From Acidobacteriota bacterium (GTDB lineage Bacteria; Acidobacteriota; Thermoanaerobaculia; Gp7-AA8), in the NCBI GenBank assembly GCA_003223645.1, contig QHVT01000004.1:59334-123333 (forward strand): a stretch of DNA of 64,000 nucleotides, read 5' to 3'. A program made the position numbers and the translations under genes. The notes under the pieces are model-generated. The model saw nothing but the letters and a program-made list of their open reading frames with translations, had not been told where the DNA came from and did no database searches. Shown here piece by piece: positions 1 to 12,219 of the stretch; positions within the stretch are counted from its first letter, which is position 1; each line of letters starts with the position of its first letter.

Positions 1-1
1 C

Positions 2-274
2 GAGGTAAACGCGGATCGTGTCGCTTGCAACAGATGTGTTACCAACGACCTCGAATCGCTCGACGGTCTGTCCGGTGAGGTCGCCGACGGGACCCGTGCT
101 CGGCTTCGGAGTCGTCGGCGCGTCGGTGATGCGGCCGCCGGAGGACGGCGTCTCGAGAATCGTTCCCGGCTTCGGGCGCGGCTTCTCCGGCTGTTGCTGC
201 TGCGTGTTCGTTTGCGCCTGTGCAGCGCCTGCGAGCAGGACGGCAGCCAGCGAGATGCGTAGGATTCGAGTCAT
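2..274 (-). CDS. Omp85/BamA-like outer-membrane assembly factor, N-terminal fragment (signal peptide + POTRA-like segment); runs off window edge
   Basis: Minus-strand ATG at ~274 translates to MTRILRISLAAVLLAGAAQAQ... (signal peptide) followed by ...ERFEVVGNTSVASDTIRVYL, a POTRA1-like motif of BamA. No stop before window start. Lies downstream of the repeat protein on the same strand. Confidence 0.4.
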   Translation of the reverse strand, partial: MTRILRISLAAVLLAGAAQAQTNTQQQQPEKPRPKPGTILETPSSGGRITDAPTTPKPSTGPVGDLTGQTVERFEVVGNTSVASDTIRVYL

Positions 275-376
275 AAAAGTCTGTCGAGACTGCGGTTTTG
301 ATGTGAGACGCGCGAGCCGGGATAGAGGTCACGCGGAAGCCTGAACACCCGGAAAACGCGGCGCATTCTACACGGG

Positions 377-2605
377 TCAGTGCCGGACGACCCGGTTCCG
401 CGGCGCGACGCCGAAGAATCGGAAGAATGCGCGCGGCGTCCCGCCGTACAGAGCTTCCGTCGCAACTCGCTCGTAGAAGGCCAGGAATCCGTCCGGTTTC
501 GCCAGCAGCGTTCCGACGCGCTCGACGTCGCTCGTCGCCGCGAGCGGCACTCGAATCCCCGATCCGACAGCCGAGTAAAACACATTGCCCGCGTCTTCCC
601 ACGCCACGATGTAGCTCGATCCCACCGCGGCGGCGCTCAACTCCTCGACTTGTGCGTTGCGGCCGGCACCGGCGCCGATTTCGCTGACGGTTCCTGCGAT
701 GCCGTCGAAGCCGACGCGACGCGCGAGAATCGCGGAAAAGAAAACGTCGCGCGACTCGCGCCATGCGACGAGGAAGTCGCGGCCGTTCGCGGCGACTGCG
801 GGCGCGCTCTCGGCGCGCTGCGACTCGGCGATCACGATCGGAACGCCGTCGAGGACCGTTCCACCGTCGCTGATTCGCGTCGCGAGAATGTTGTACTGAT
901 AGAGCGTCATCGACTGCCACAACTCGATGAATTGGTTCTCGCGCCACGCGACGAACCACGTGCCGTGCGACCACGCGACGCTGAACTGCGCGCCGGCCTG
1001 CTCGCGCGACGGGATTCGAATCACCGCGGGATCGAGCGTTCCATCCCGCTTCATCCGCTGCGCGAAGATCGCAGGCTTTTGCGCGGCCTCGTAGACGTTC
1101 CACACGAGCAGCGTCTCCGCGCCGTTCGAGCCGAGGCCGAACTCAGTGCACGACGGCACCACGACCTTTCCGCGCACGCCATCGAGGAGCGTTCCGTCGG
1201 GCGAAACGCGAGTCATCCGAAGCGGGCCGGCGTCGCCACGCATCCAGGCCACGACATAGTTGGTTCCGTCAAACGCGACCTGCGCCGGTTGACGCACGTC
1301 ATCGTCGATGAAAATCCCTTCGGCATCGAGGCGCTCTCCGTTCGCGTTCACGCGCGCAACGCGCAACTCGCTGCCTGCCGGCCAGTTGATGAATGCGGCG
1401 AGATAACCGTTGCCGTTCGTCGCGGCGCGCACCTTCGATTGAATCGGAGCGGAACGTGAGAGCAGCGTGCCGTCGCTTTGCGATTCGAGCACGCGCGCGT
1501 ACATGCGGTTCGAGTACCCGAACGAAGCCTCCGTATCGACCCACGCAACCGCCGTCGCCGAGCCGTTCGATCCGAGTGCGACGGTGCTCTCGGCGCGGTC
1601 GCTCCTGTTCAGCGAACGCCATTCGAGGAATCCGCCCTCGCGATCGACGGCCAGCGCGTGCAGCGACCGATCATTGAGTATCGTGTACGCGAACAGATAG
1701 CCGCTGCCGTACGGAGTGATCGCAGCGTTCATGAAAAGGTCCTTCGTCTTGATCGCGAGCGTCGTCGCGCCGAGCGCATTTCCGTTCGCGTCGAAGCGCT
1801 GCATCATCACGTTGTTCGCGAGAATGGCGTACACGACGAGATAGTCACCGCCGTTCGAAGCGATGAGCGGCATCGCCGTCGACAGATTCACTTCGCGCTC
1901 CGCGCCCACGACGCCGCTGCGCGAGACCGGCGCGATCACGAGCGTAAACGCGAGGCCGTTCCATCGCAGCCACGCCGCGAGAAAACCGGCACCGTTCGAT
2001 GCGACGACGATGCTCGAGTCGGTCTCGCGATTCGAAATCGGGATCCGCGCGATCAGCACATCGCCGTGCTCATCGAATAGTGTCGCGGCGAGCATGTCGC
2101 TTCCGCCGGACGGGAACGTGCTCCAAACGATGAGCGATCGATCTCCCGTCGATGCCGCCGCGTTCCATGAAAGCGCGCCGACGCCGGCCACGCGGCGCGG
2201 GCTCGCGTCGAGCACGCGTCCTTCGCGATCGATGCGCACGAATTGCATTCCGACGGATTCCACATCGAACCACGCGACCACGAAGACGCTCCCGCTCCAG
2301 ACAACCGCGGGCGGGCTGTTCGTGTACGAGCTCGGCGGACGGTCATGCCCATCCGGAACGCCGATCGCCGTCGGCTCGTCGAGCAGCCGTCCATCCGGCG
2401 AAAGGCGCGCTGCGAAAACACGTCCGTAGCCGTTTCCGCCGCGCGCGTCGCGCCATGCGATGAGAAAGTTCGTTCCGTCGCTCGCCATCTGCGGGCTCTC
2501 GCGACTGAACGGCGCGGGTCCGTACTGAACGCCGGTCAGAGGAAGTTCCTGGGCGAGGGCGAACGGAGAGAGGAGTAGTGTGAGGAGGAGAACGAACCGG
2601 GTCAC
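377..2605 (-). CDS. Secreted tandem-repeat protein with ~14 repeats of ~50 aa (putative double beta-propeller); function unknown
   Basis: 742-aa ORF with a GTG start and an N-terminal signal peptide MTRFVLLLTLLLSPFALAQ. Recurring motif xNGxxFLVAW...R...DGTLLD about 14 times (FLIAWRD, FVVAWFD, FLAAWLRW, YVVAWMRG, FLVAWRESR, YIVAWEDAG...). Confidence 0.6.
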   Translation of the reverse strand: MTRFVLLLTLLLSPFALAQELPLTGVQYGPAPFSRESPQMASDGTNFLIAWRDARGGNGYGRVFAARLSPDGRLLDEPTAIGVPDGHDRPPSSYTNSPPAVVWSGSVFVVAWFDVESVGMQFVRIDREGRVLDASPRRVAGVGALSWNAAASTGDRSLIVWSTFPSGGSDMLAATLFDEHGDVLIARIPISNRETDSSIVVASNGAGFLAAWLRWNGLAFTLVIAPVSRSGVVGAEREVNLSTAMPLIASNGGDYLVVYAILANNVMMQRFDANGNALGATTLAIKTKDLFMNAAITPYGSGYLFAYTILNDRSLHALAVDREGGFLEWRSLNRSDRAESTVALGSNGSATAVAWVDTEASFGYSNRMYARVLESQSDGTLLSRSAPIQSKVRAATNGNGYLAAFINWPAGSELRVARVNANGERLDAEGIFIDDDVRQPAQVAFDGTNYVVAWMRGDAGPLRMTRVSPDGTLLDGVRGKVVVPSCTEFGLGSNGAETLLVWNVYEAAQKPAIFAQRMKRDGTLDPAVIRIPSREQAGAQFSVAWSHGTWFVAWRENQFIELWQSMTLYQYNILATRISDGGTVLDGVPIVIAESQRAESAPAVAANGRDFLVAWRESRDVFFSAILARRVGFDGIAGTVSEIGAGAGRNAQVEELSAAAVGSSYIVAWEDAGNVFYSAVGSGIRVPLAATSDVERVGTLLAKPDGFLAFYERVATEALYGGTPRAFFRFFGVAPRNRVVRH

Positions 2606-2623
2606 GAACAGTTATTGTACACA

Positions 2624-3466
2624 ATGCCGCCACTTCTTCTTCTCCTCGCGCTCCTCTCCCTCACTCCACGCAACGGCGTGCTGCGAATCGCCGTCACCGG
2701 CGACACCGGCAAAGGCGCGGACGTCGTCGCCGAAGGGATTCGCAACGTGCACGCGAAGACGCCGCTCGACGCGATCATCCTCGCCGGCGACACGTTCTAT
2801 CCGTGCGGCGTGACGAGCGAGCGCGATCCGCGATGGAAGCTCGTGCGTCCGCTCACCACGATCGGCGTCCCGGTCTTCCCCGTCCTCGGCAATCACGACT
2901 TCTGCGGCCAGTCCGATCCCTACGCGCAGATCCGCGCGAGCGGCGTCCTCGCGAACTGGAACTTTCCCGCGCGGCAATACATGGTGCGAGGCGGCGTCGC
3001 CGACTTCGCGTTCATCGACACGACGTCGTATCTCCGCGGCAAGAGCGATCCGAAGCTCGTCGACGCGTTTCGCTCATCGACCGCGGCATGGCACGTTGTC
3101 GTCGGACATCACCCCGTCATTTCGTCCGGCTATCACGGCTACTTTCCGCGCGCCGAGGTGAAGCGGATGCGGGAGATGATCCCGTCGCTGCGCGAGTCGC
3201 ACGCGGATTTCTACATCGCCGGACACGATCATCACGAAGAGTTGATCCGCGGACGGATGCTGCATCTCATCAGCGGCGCAGGATCATCGCCCGTGCCGCC
3301 GGTCAAACTACACGTCAGCACAATCTATCCGCCGGAAATCCGGCCCGAGCGCATCGGCTTCGCGGTCGTGCAGATCGACGCGAAAGAGATTCGTGTGCGG
3401 TTTTACGACGCGAAAGGAAACCCGAAGAGCGAGTGGATCAGGACGAAGCGTTTGACACTTCGTTGA
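2624..3466 (+). CDS. Calcineurin-like metallophosphoesterase (purple acid phosphatase-like), secreted
   Basis: Motifs GDTGKG, GDTFY, GNHDF, GHHP and GHDHH. N-terminal hydrophobic signal MPPLLLLLALLSL. ATG at 2624 inside the listed ORF 2615-3466. Confidence 0.85.
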   Translation: MPPLLLLLALLSLTPRNGVLRIAVTGDTGKGADVVAEGIRNVHAKTPLDAIILAGDTFYPCGVTSERDPRWKLVRPLTTIGVPVFPVLGNHDFCGQSDPYAQIRASGVLANWNFPARQYMVRGGVADFAFIDTTSYLRGKSDPKLVDAFRSSTAAWHVVVGHHPVISSGYHGYFPRAEVKRMREMIPSLRESHADFYIAGHDHHEELIRGRMLHLISGAGSSPVPPVKLHVSTIYPPEIRPERIGFAVVQIDAKEIRVRFYDAKGNPKSEWIRTKRLTLR

Positions 3467-3496
3467 TTTGCTTTGTGTCCCTTTTGAGAGACGCCG

Positions 3497-3945
3497 GTGA
3501 CGAAAGATCACGCTGCTCTATAGTTTTAAGAGACATGGGTGATGAAAGATCACGTCGCTGCGTCGTTTTAGGCGACATGCGTGATGAAAGATCAAGTCGC
3601 TCTGTCGTTTTAAGAGACATTCGTGATGAAAGATCACGCTGCTCTCTCGTTTTGACAGACATGCGTGACGAAAGATCACGCCGCTCTCTCGTTTCCACAG
3701 ACATGCGTGACGAAAGACCACGCCGCTCTCTCGTTTCACACACCTGCGTGACGAAAGACCACGCCGCTCTCTCGTTTTCACAGACATGCGTGATGAAAGA
3801 TCACGCCGCTCTCTCGTTTCGACAGACATGCGTGACGAAAGATCACGCCGCTCTCTCGTTTCACAGACAGGCGTGACAAAAGATCACGCTGCTCTATCGC
3901 TTTAACAGAAATGCGTGATGAACGATCACGGATGAACGTCTCCAC
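3497..3945. repeat. Tandem array, ~10.5 copies of a 41-42 bp unit (gtgaYgaaagaYcacgccgctctctcgttttcacagacatgc); each unit carries a GTGAT-N5-ATCAC inverted repeat
   Basis: Direct reading shows 10 full units plus a partial one between the phosphoesterase and sulfatase genes. Units are 41 or 42 bp, so the array is not coding. Variation is scattered and there are no unique spacers. Confidence 0.9.
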
Positions 3946-4013
3946 ACGCGTAAACGATTGATGCCGAGATCAGCGTCTTTGCTCCTGGATCATGGCTTCT
4001 GCTCACGTTCAAA

Positions 4014-6068
4014 TTGCGGCAGACTCAGAAGGATATGCTGCCCGCGATGAAGCGGGTCCTCCTCCTCTTGTCGCTCGCGCTCTTCGCCTGTCATCGCGAG
4101 CGCGCGCATTCGACGTTCGCGAATGCGCCGGTGATCCTCATCTCGATCGACACGCTGCGCGCGGATCATCTGCCTCTGTACGGCTACACGGCGATCAAGA
4201 CGCCGAACATCGACGCGCTGCGGCGCGACGGCATCCTCTTCGAGAACGCGTACTCGCATTGTCCGATGACGCTGCCGTCGCACATCTCGATGCTGACCGG
4301 CATGCTTCCGACCGAGCACGAAGTGCGCAACAACCTCGGCTATCGCTTCGACGCGGCGAAGCATCCGACGCTGCCGCAGCAACTGAAAGCGCACGGCTAT
4401 GCGACCGGCGCGGCCGTGTCGTCGTACGTGCTGCGCGCGGATACGGGACTCGGCGCGGCGTTCGATTTTTACGACGATGCGATTCCCGTTTCGACCGCGG
4501 GCGCCGCGAGCCAGCATCAGCGTCCCGGCTCGGCGACGCTCGCGGTTGCGCAGCGATGGATCGGCGAGCACCAGTCGCAGCCGTTCTTTTTCTTCGTCCA
4601 CCTCTACGAGCCGCACGCGCCGTATGTGCCGTCGTACGACGGTGAGATCGAGACGTCGGACAAGCTCGTCGGCGAGTTGCTGTCGTTTCTCAAACATACC
4701 GGCATCTACGATCGCGCGCTGATCCTCCTCACGTCCGATCACGGCGAAGGTTTGTGGGAGCACGGCGAGGACCAGCACGGAATCCTGCTGTATCGCGAAG
4801 TGCTGCACGTGCCGCTGATCATCAAGTTGCCGACGTCCGCACGCGCGGGCGGTACGGTAAAACAGCCGGCAGCGCTCGCCGATCTCGCGCCGACGGTGCT
4901 GCGTCTCGTCGACGTCGAATCGAAAGGCATCGACATCGTCGACGATCCGATTCCGCCGCGCCGCATTTACAGCGAGACGTTCTATCCGCGCATTCACCTC
5001 GGATGGAGCGAGCTGCGCTCGCTCGTCGACGATCATCATCACTACATCCAGTCGCCGCGCTCCGAGCTCTACGACGTCGTCGCGGATCCACGCGAGAAAA
5101 AGGACGTCGTCGCGACGGAGCGGCGCGTGACCGCGACGATGCGCAGCGATATCGCGAAATATCCCGCCGGCATCCAAGAGCTGCAGAGCATCGATCCCGA
5201 AGACGCGAAGAAGCTCGAGGCGCTCGGCTACCTCGGCAGCGTGCGCGCGACGAAGGACAACGCGCCGCTTCCGAATCCGCGCGACATGCTGCCGTACCTC
5301 GAGCGCATCAAGGCGGGATTCAAGCTCGCGGACGAGCGACGTTACGGAGACGCAGTCGCGCTTTTTCGCGGATTGCTCAAAGAGAATCCGGGACTGTTCG
5401 ATGTCTGGGACAAGCTCGGTGAAGTGCTCGCGAGCATGGGGGAGTACGACGAAGCGATCCGCGTGTACCGCGAAGGCATGAGCCGCACGCAGCGCTTCTC
5501 TCCCGAGATGGCCCTCTCCCTCGGCGACACGTATCTGAAAGCGAATCAGCTGAATGAAGCGGAGCGCTATGCGCAGCTGGTCATCAAGTCGAACGCGTCC
5601 GGCGCGCATTCGCTGCTCGCGCGCACCGCACTCGCGCGCCGCGACTACGCGACCGCGGAACGCGAAGCCACGCTCGCGATCGGAACACAGAGCCCGCAGC
5701 CGACGACGATGTTGTTGATGGCGGACATCAAACGCGCGGAAGGCGATCTCGCGAGCGCGCTCGCGGCGACGGAAGCAGCGGCAAATCGCGCGCGCGAGCT
5801 CAACGTGCCGAAACTCTATCGCCTTGATTTTCTGCGTGGCGACATCCTCGCGCGCATGGGGCGCGTGGACGAAGCGGTGGCCGCGTATCAGCGCGAGATC
5901 GCGAACTTCCCCGAGGACACGCAGGCGTACGCGAACCTCGCGATCATCGCGTTCATCGAAGGGAAGCACGCGGAGACGAATCGCGTGCTCGAAGAAATGG
6001 TGAAGGCGAATCCGCATCCGGGTGCGCGCGCATTGGCCGCGCGCACCCGGGAGTCACTGCGGAATTAG
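4014..6068 (+). CDS. Sulfatase-family hydrolase/transferase (alkaline-phosphatase superfamily) with C-terminal TPR repeats; probable lipoprotein
   Basis: N-terminal MKRVLLLLSLALFAC lipobox-like signal, so the true start may be ATG 4047. Sulfatase-domain motifs SIDTLRADHL, CPMTLPSH, TSDHGE. C-terminal half is TPR-like (residues ~440-680). Confidence 0.8.
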   Translation: MRQTQKDMLPAMKRVLLLLSLALFACHRERAHSTFANAPVILISIDTLRADHLPLYGYTAIKTPNIDALRRDGILFENAYSHCPMTLPSHISMLTGMLPTEHEVRNNLGYRFDAAKHPTLPQQLKAHGYATGAAVSSYVLRADTGLGAAFDFYDDAIPVSTAGAASQHQRPGSATLAVAQRWIGEHQSQPFFFFVHLYEPHAPYVPSYDGEIETSDKLVGELLSFLKHTGIYDRALILLTSDHGEGLWEHGEDQHGILLYREVLHVPLIIKLPTSARAGGTVKQPAALADLAPTVLRLVDVESKGIDIVDDPIPPRRIYSETFYPRIHLGWSELRSLVDDHHHYIQSPRSELYDVVADPREKKDVVATERRVTATMRSDIAKYPAGIQELQSIDPEDAKKLEALGYLGSVRATKDNAPLPNPRDMLPYLERIKAGFKLADERRYGDAVALFRGLLKENPGLFDVWDKLGEVLASMGEYDEAIRVYREGMSRTQRFSPEMALSLGDTYLKANQLNEAERYAQLVIKSNASGAHSLLARTALARRDYATAEREATLAIGTQSPQPTTMLLMADIKRAEGDLASALAATEAAANRARELNVPKLYRLDFLRGDILARMGRVDEAVAAYQREIANFPEDTQAYANLAIIAFIEGKHAETNRVLEEMVKANPHPGARALAARTRESLRN

Positions 6069-9058
6069 AAGCGGAGCCCGAACGAGATGCGGTACTCGCG
6101 CGGATCCTGATAGGCCTCCCGGTTCGTCGGCTGGCCGAAGTTCGCGGGCAGGGTGTAATGCGTTCCCAGAACGGGCTTGGTCGTGAACGGATTGAAGGGC
6201 GTGAGAGACGCAGTCGTGCGGCGGACGTTGACGAACGTGCTGACGACCGGACCGCGCGCCGTCGACGCGTACTCGACCTTGCTCTCGTTGAACACGTTGA
6301 CGATGTCGGTCTGGACGAACAAGCGCACTTTGCCGAAGCTCGGCGACTCGTAGTTCACGGCGAGGTTCGTCGAAGTGATGTCGTCGAGGCGGAACTCGCC
6401 GCGGCCGCTGAAGTAGTACCAAACGCGCGACGGCGGCGTGACGTAGCCGGGGTTGAGCACGCCGTCGGGCAGCGTCGTGCTGCGGCGGATGTCGATCGCG
6501 GCAGTCGCCGAGTACGGCACTCCGCTGTGGTACTTCTGGAGCAGTGAGAAGTTGAAGCGGCCGAGTCCCGTCATCAGGTTGTACTGCGCCCAAACGCTCG
6601 CGCGATGGCGCATGTCGGCTTCAAGGTAACCGACCGGATGGTTCTGCTCGAAGTTCTGGTACTCCGGCGCGCAGAGACCGGTGTCGGTTCCCGGAACGGC
6701 AGCGCCGCCGTTGCAGCCTGCGAGCACGGTGGCGTTGTTGAACTGCTCGCCTTCGACGTTGCCGCGCAGCTTCGACCACGTGTAGTTGCCGCCGATGCTG
6801 AAGCGATCGTTGAACCGATAGTTCGCCTGCGTCTGCACGCCGGTGTAGTTGCGCTCGAGGTCCGCGTTGCCGGTCTCGATCACGCCCTGATCGACCGACG
6901 CCGTGCTCGGCGACGGCAGATGCACTTTGCCGGTGGTGAGGTCTTTGCGCAGGAGGTAAAAGTCGTTCCACTCCCGGCGAATCAGGTCCGCACGCACGTA
7001 GCCGCGCGTGCCGAGCTGCGCGCCGTAGCCGAGCGAGTATTCATCCATGCTCGGGGACGTGAGGTTGTCGCCGATGCGCGAGGTGTAGCCGGGGAACGAG
7101 AGCGCGTTGATGAGCGAGGTGTTGTTGATGCCGCCCTGCGAGTCGAACCACGCAAACATCTGGCGAATCACTTCCGCCGTCGGAACGATCTGGTTGGCCG
7201 GCGTGCCGGCCGGATTGATCGCCGGTCCGCGGTAGTCCCAGTAGTACGACGCGTAGCGTCCGCCGAACGACGTCGCGTCGCCGGGACCCTGGTCGACCTT
7301 CGACGCGTACTTCGCGTAGCTCGCGGTGAAGCGATGCATGCCGTCGCCGCGGAGGTCGTAGCCGATGCCGAGGCGCGGGCTGATCGCCGTGTCGTCGACC
7401 GTCTTCACCTTCGACTGGTTCTTGCCGTTGGCCTTGTCGTAGCGGATGCCGAGGTTGAAGTTCAGGTGGTTGTTGAAATCCCACTTGTCATTCACGAACA
7501 TGGAGTTGATCTGGAAGTCGGAGCCTTTGCTCTCCTCGAGCAGCGGCATGAATGCGACCTGGCCGTTCGTGGGATTCGCGCGGAAGATCAGCTGTCCGCT
7601 GCTCGTGAAATCGAAGTCGCCCCAGAGGCGATAGTTGCTGCCGGACTGGTAGTTGTCCTCGATGCGGAGCTGATGGAAGTCCTCCCATCCGGCGACGAAG
7701 CTGTGCTGTCCGAGGGACTTCGTCGAGAGGAAGTACGATCCCTTCACTTCGGACGACTTGTTGTTGCGCTCTTTCGGGCGGCAGATGCTGCCGCAGAACG
7801 TCGGCGACCAGGCGCGGAAGCTCGTGCCGGTCTCGCGCAGCAGCGTTCCCTCGATGCGATCTTTCGTTTCCGCACCGGAGCTGAAGATGTTCTTCATCTC
7901 GCTGTACTGCCCTTCGAGGAGCAGGTTGTCGCGAAGGATTCCGTTGTAGTGCAGGCCCTTGAGATTGTTGTTGCGCTGGAGCGTCGCCAGCGAGCGGAGG
8001 TCGACGACGTTGCCGAACACGTTGCCGGGGTTCGTCGTTTCGACCTTCAGGTACGACGCCACGAGATTGTGCTTCGGCGTGATCGCGCCCGTCAGCTTGA
8101 CCTCATAGCGCTTCTGGTCCGTCAGGTTGGCGTACGGAATCTTCGTTTCGACCGTTTCCTGGGAAAGGCTGGTCTTCTCTTTGCGGCCGGCGAGGAAGAA
8201 CCAGAGACGATCGGTGAGGACGCGGCCGCCGAGCGTTCCTTCGTACACGCTGCTGATGTCGTCGATGTGATCGGCTTCGCCGGAGAAGGCGGTCTTGTCC
8301 TTCCACGTGTCGTTGCGCAGGCTGTCGCGCAGCGATCCGGAAAAGTCGTTGCCGCCCGACTTCGTGATCGTGCTGACGACGCCGCCGGTGAAGCGTCCGT
8401 ATTCTGCCGAGATCGCGCCGCCGCTGAGAACGGTCGTTTCCTGAATCGCGTCCTCGATGAAGAGCGGCTGCGCCTGGCCGCGCAGGTTCTCGTTGACGAC
8501 GACGCCGTTCACGAGGAACAGGTTGTCGAACGACTGCGCGCCGGAGATCACGATCTGTTGGTTCGGACCAGCGTCATTGACGCCGGGCGCGAGGAGCGCC
8601 GCGGTGTTGATCGTGCGGTTGAGCGTCGGCAGCTCGGCGATCGCGTCGCTCGTGAAGTTCGTGCTGACCTCGGTCGTCTCGAGCGCGGCCGGCGCCGAGG
8701 CCGTGACCGTGATCGCTTCGCTGACCGTCGTCGGCTTGAGGTCCGCATCCGCGCGGCTCGTCTGCGACAAGTTCACGCGCGTCTTCTTCGTCACGTTCTG
8801 CATGCCGCTCAACTCGAATGCGACGGAGTAGTCGCCCGGCGGCAGGCCGGCGAAGTTGTACGCGCCGCCATCGGCGGTGACGGTGCTTCGTGTTCCCTGA
8901 AGGGAAGGGGAGGACAACGTGACGGTGACGCCGGGAAGGCCGGCGCCGCTGGCCGTCACTGTGCCCACGAGATTACCGGAGGTACCCTGCGCGAACGCAG
9001 CGCCTCCGATCAATAAAAGGAGGGATAACAGCGCGAAAATGCGTGTGAAAGTCTTCAT
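6065..9058 (-). CDS. TonB-dependent outer-membrane receptor with N-terminal carboxypeptidase-regulatory-like domain
   Basis: 997 aa. Signal peptide MKTFTRIFALLSLLLLIGGAAFAQG; CarbopepD_reg-like segment (GTVTASGAGLPGVTVTL...ADGGAYNFAGLPPGDYSV). Plug and barrel motifs, C-terminal ...YRISFGLRF with terminal Phe. Confidence 0.9.
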   Translation of the reverse strand: MKTFTRIFALLSLLLLIGGAAFAQGTSGNLVGTVTASGAGLPGVTVTLSSPSLQGTRSTVTADGGAYNFAGLPPGDYSVAFELSGMQNVTKKTRVNLSQTSRADADLKPTTVSEAITVTASAPAALETTEVSTNFTSDAIAELPTLNRTINTAALLAPGVNDAGPNQQIVISGAQSFDNLFLVNGVVVNENLRGQAQPLFIEDAIQETTVLSGGAISAEYGRFTGGVVSTITKSGGNDFSGSLRDSLRNDTWKDKTAFSGEADHIDDISSVYEGTLGGRVLTDRLWFFLAGRKEKTSLSQETVETKIPYANLTDQKRYEVKLTGAITPKHNLVASYLKVETTNPGNVFGNVVDLRSLATLQRNNNLKGLHYNGILRDNLLLEGQYSEMKNIFSSGAETKDRIEGTLLRETGTSFRAWSPTFCGSICRPKERNNKSSEVKGSYFLSTKSLGQHSFVAGWEDFHQLRIEDNYQSGSNYRLWGDFDFTSSGQLIFRANPTNGQVAFMPLLEESKGSDFQINSMFVNDKWDFNNHLNFNLGIRYDKANGKNQSKVKTVDDTAISPRLGIGYDLRGDGMHRFTASYAKYASKVDQGPGDATSFGGRYASYYWDYRGPAINPAGTPANQIVPTAEVIRQMFAWFDSQGGINNTSLINALSFPGYTSRIGDNLTSPSMDEYSLGYGAQLGTRGYVRADLIRREWNDFYLLRKDLTTGKVHLPSPSTASVDQGVIETGNADLERNYTGVQTQANYRFNDRFSIGGNYTWSKLRGNVEGEQFNNATVLAGCNGGAAVPGTDTGLCAPEYQNFEQNHPVGYLEADMRHRASVWAQYNLMTGLGRFNFSLLQKYHSGVPYSATAAIDIRRSTTLPDGVLNPGYVTPPSRVWYYFSGRGEFRLDDITSTNLAVNYESPSFGKVRLFVQTDIVNVFNESKVEYASTARGPVVSTFVNVRRTTASLTPFNPFTTKPVLGTHYTLPANFGQPTNREAYQDPREYRISFGLRF

Positions 9059-9145
9059 TCCTTCTCCTGATCCGATTGGGGACGATTGGTCCGGGATTGG
9101 CGCATTGTACGCCCGCCATGTTTCGGATTGGTTACGATTCAGGAG

Positions 9146-9677
9146 CTAACTGAAGAGTTCGGCGAGAGGGAGGGACCAGCCGGGAACTACGTCGCCGCCG
9201 GAGAGGGTATCGTTGATGGTGAGGCGGGTGGTGGAGGCAGGGGTGTAGACGGTGGCGCTTTGATTTCGCGGATTGATGACGATCACCATTTGCGTGCCGG
9301 CAGTGAGGTATTCGCGCACTTTCTCGTCTACTTCACTCCAAGTGTCATTCGGTGAGATGACTTCGACTGCGAGATCCGGACCGCCTGGAAAATATTTTCC
9401 GCTGCGGATCACGCGCTCGGCCCGCACAAATGACGCATCAGGTTCGCGGACTGTGTCGGGATTGCGTGAGAGCACATAACCCGTGCTGGAGGACGGAGTT
9501 TTCCCCAGTCTGTTCCGGCGAACATGATTCGAGAGATGTGTGGCAATCAGATCCGTGATGTTTCCGTGATCCCATCCCGCAGGCGACATCGTAATCAACT
9601 CTCCTCGCACGAGCTCATACCGATGCGCTCCGTCATCCGGCATCGCCAGCATCTCGTCCGCGGTCATCAACTTGGTC

Positions 9678-9688
<11 letters not shown>
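9146..9688 (-). CDS. Uma2-family (DUF820) PD-(D/E)XK-type putative endonuclease
   Basis: 180 aa. YELVRGELITMSPAG...H...PDASFV...PDLAVEVISP is the typical Uma2 pattern. Confidence 0.85.
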
Positions 9689-12107
<2,419 letters not shown>

Positions 12108-12219
12108 GGGCCTGACGTTGAGCCGCTTTGCTTCCTTTCGAAGGAAGTCACTCCGTCTCTATTGTGGCACAACGTATCCCCGCGATCCGCTCTTCCGTGC
12201 GTGATCCATGCCGCACGGT

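Noticed and set aside
18-344. 108-aa plus-strand ORF at the window start
   Set aside because: Cys/Arg-rich low-complexity translation. The opposite strand encodes a convincing signal peptide + POTRA-like N-terminus (BamA-like).
3497-3945. Possible CRISPR array (regular ~42-bp periodicity)
   Set aside because: There is no alternation of conserved repeats with unique spacers; every 42-bp unit is a degenerate copy of the same sequence. No cas genes are nearby, and the 41/42-bp length variants are inconsistent with CRISPR.
3990-6017. Long antisense ORFs opposite real genes, for example:
- 3990-6017 (-)
- 6605-9016 (+)
- 10992-12041 (+)
- 14298-15872 (-)
- 15927-17249 (-)
- 22734-25646 (-)
- 57106-58986 (-)
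   Set aside because: These are typical high-GC artefacts. The products are Arg/Ala/Asp-rich low-complexity sequences with no motifs. Each is fully overlapped by a well-supported gene on the other strand (sulfatase, TBDRs, clpC, amidohydrolase, ADOP permease, nagB/EEP).
12108-12219. Small hairpin gcttcctttcgaaggaagc downstream of the lolD-like gene as an intrinsic terminator
   Set aside because: A plausible stem-loop, but no U-tract on either strand. I cannot distinguish it from the clpC 5' UTR structure.
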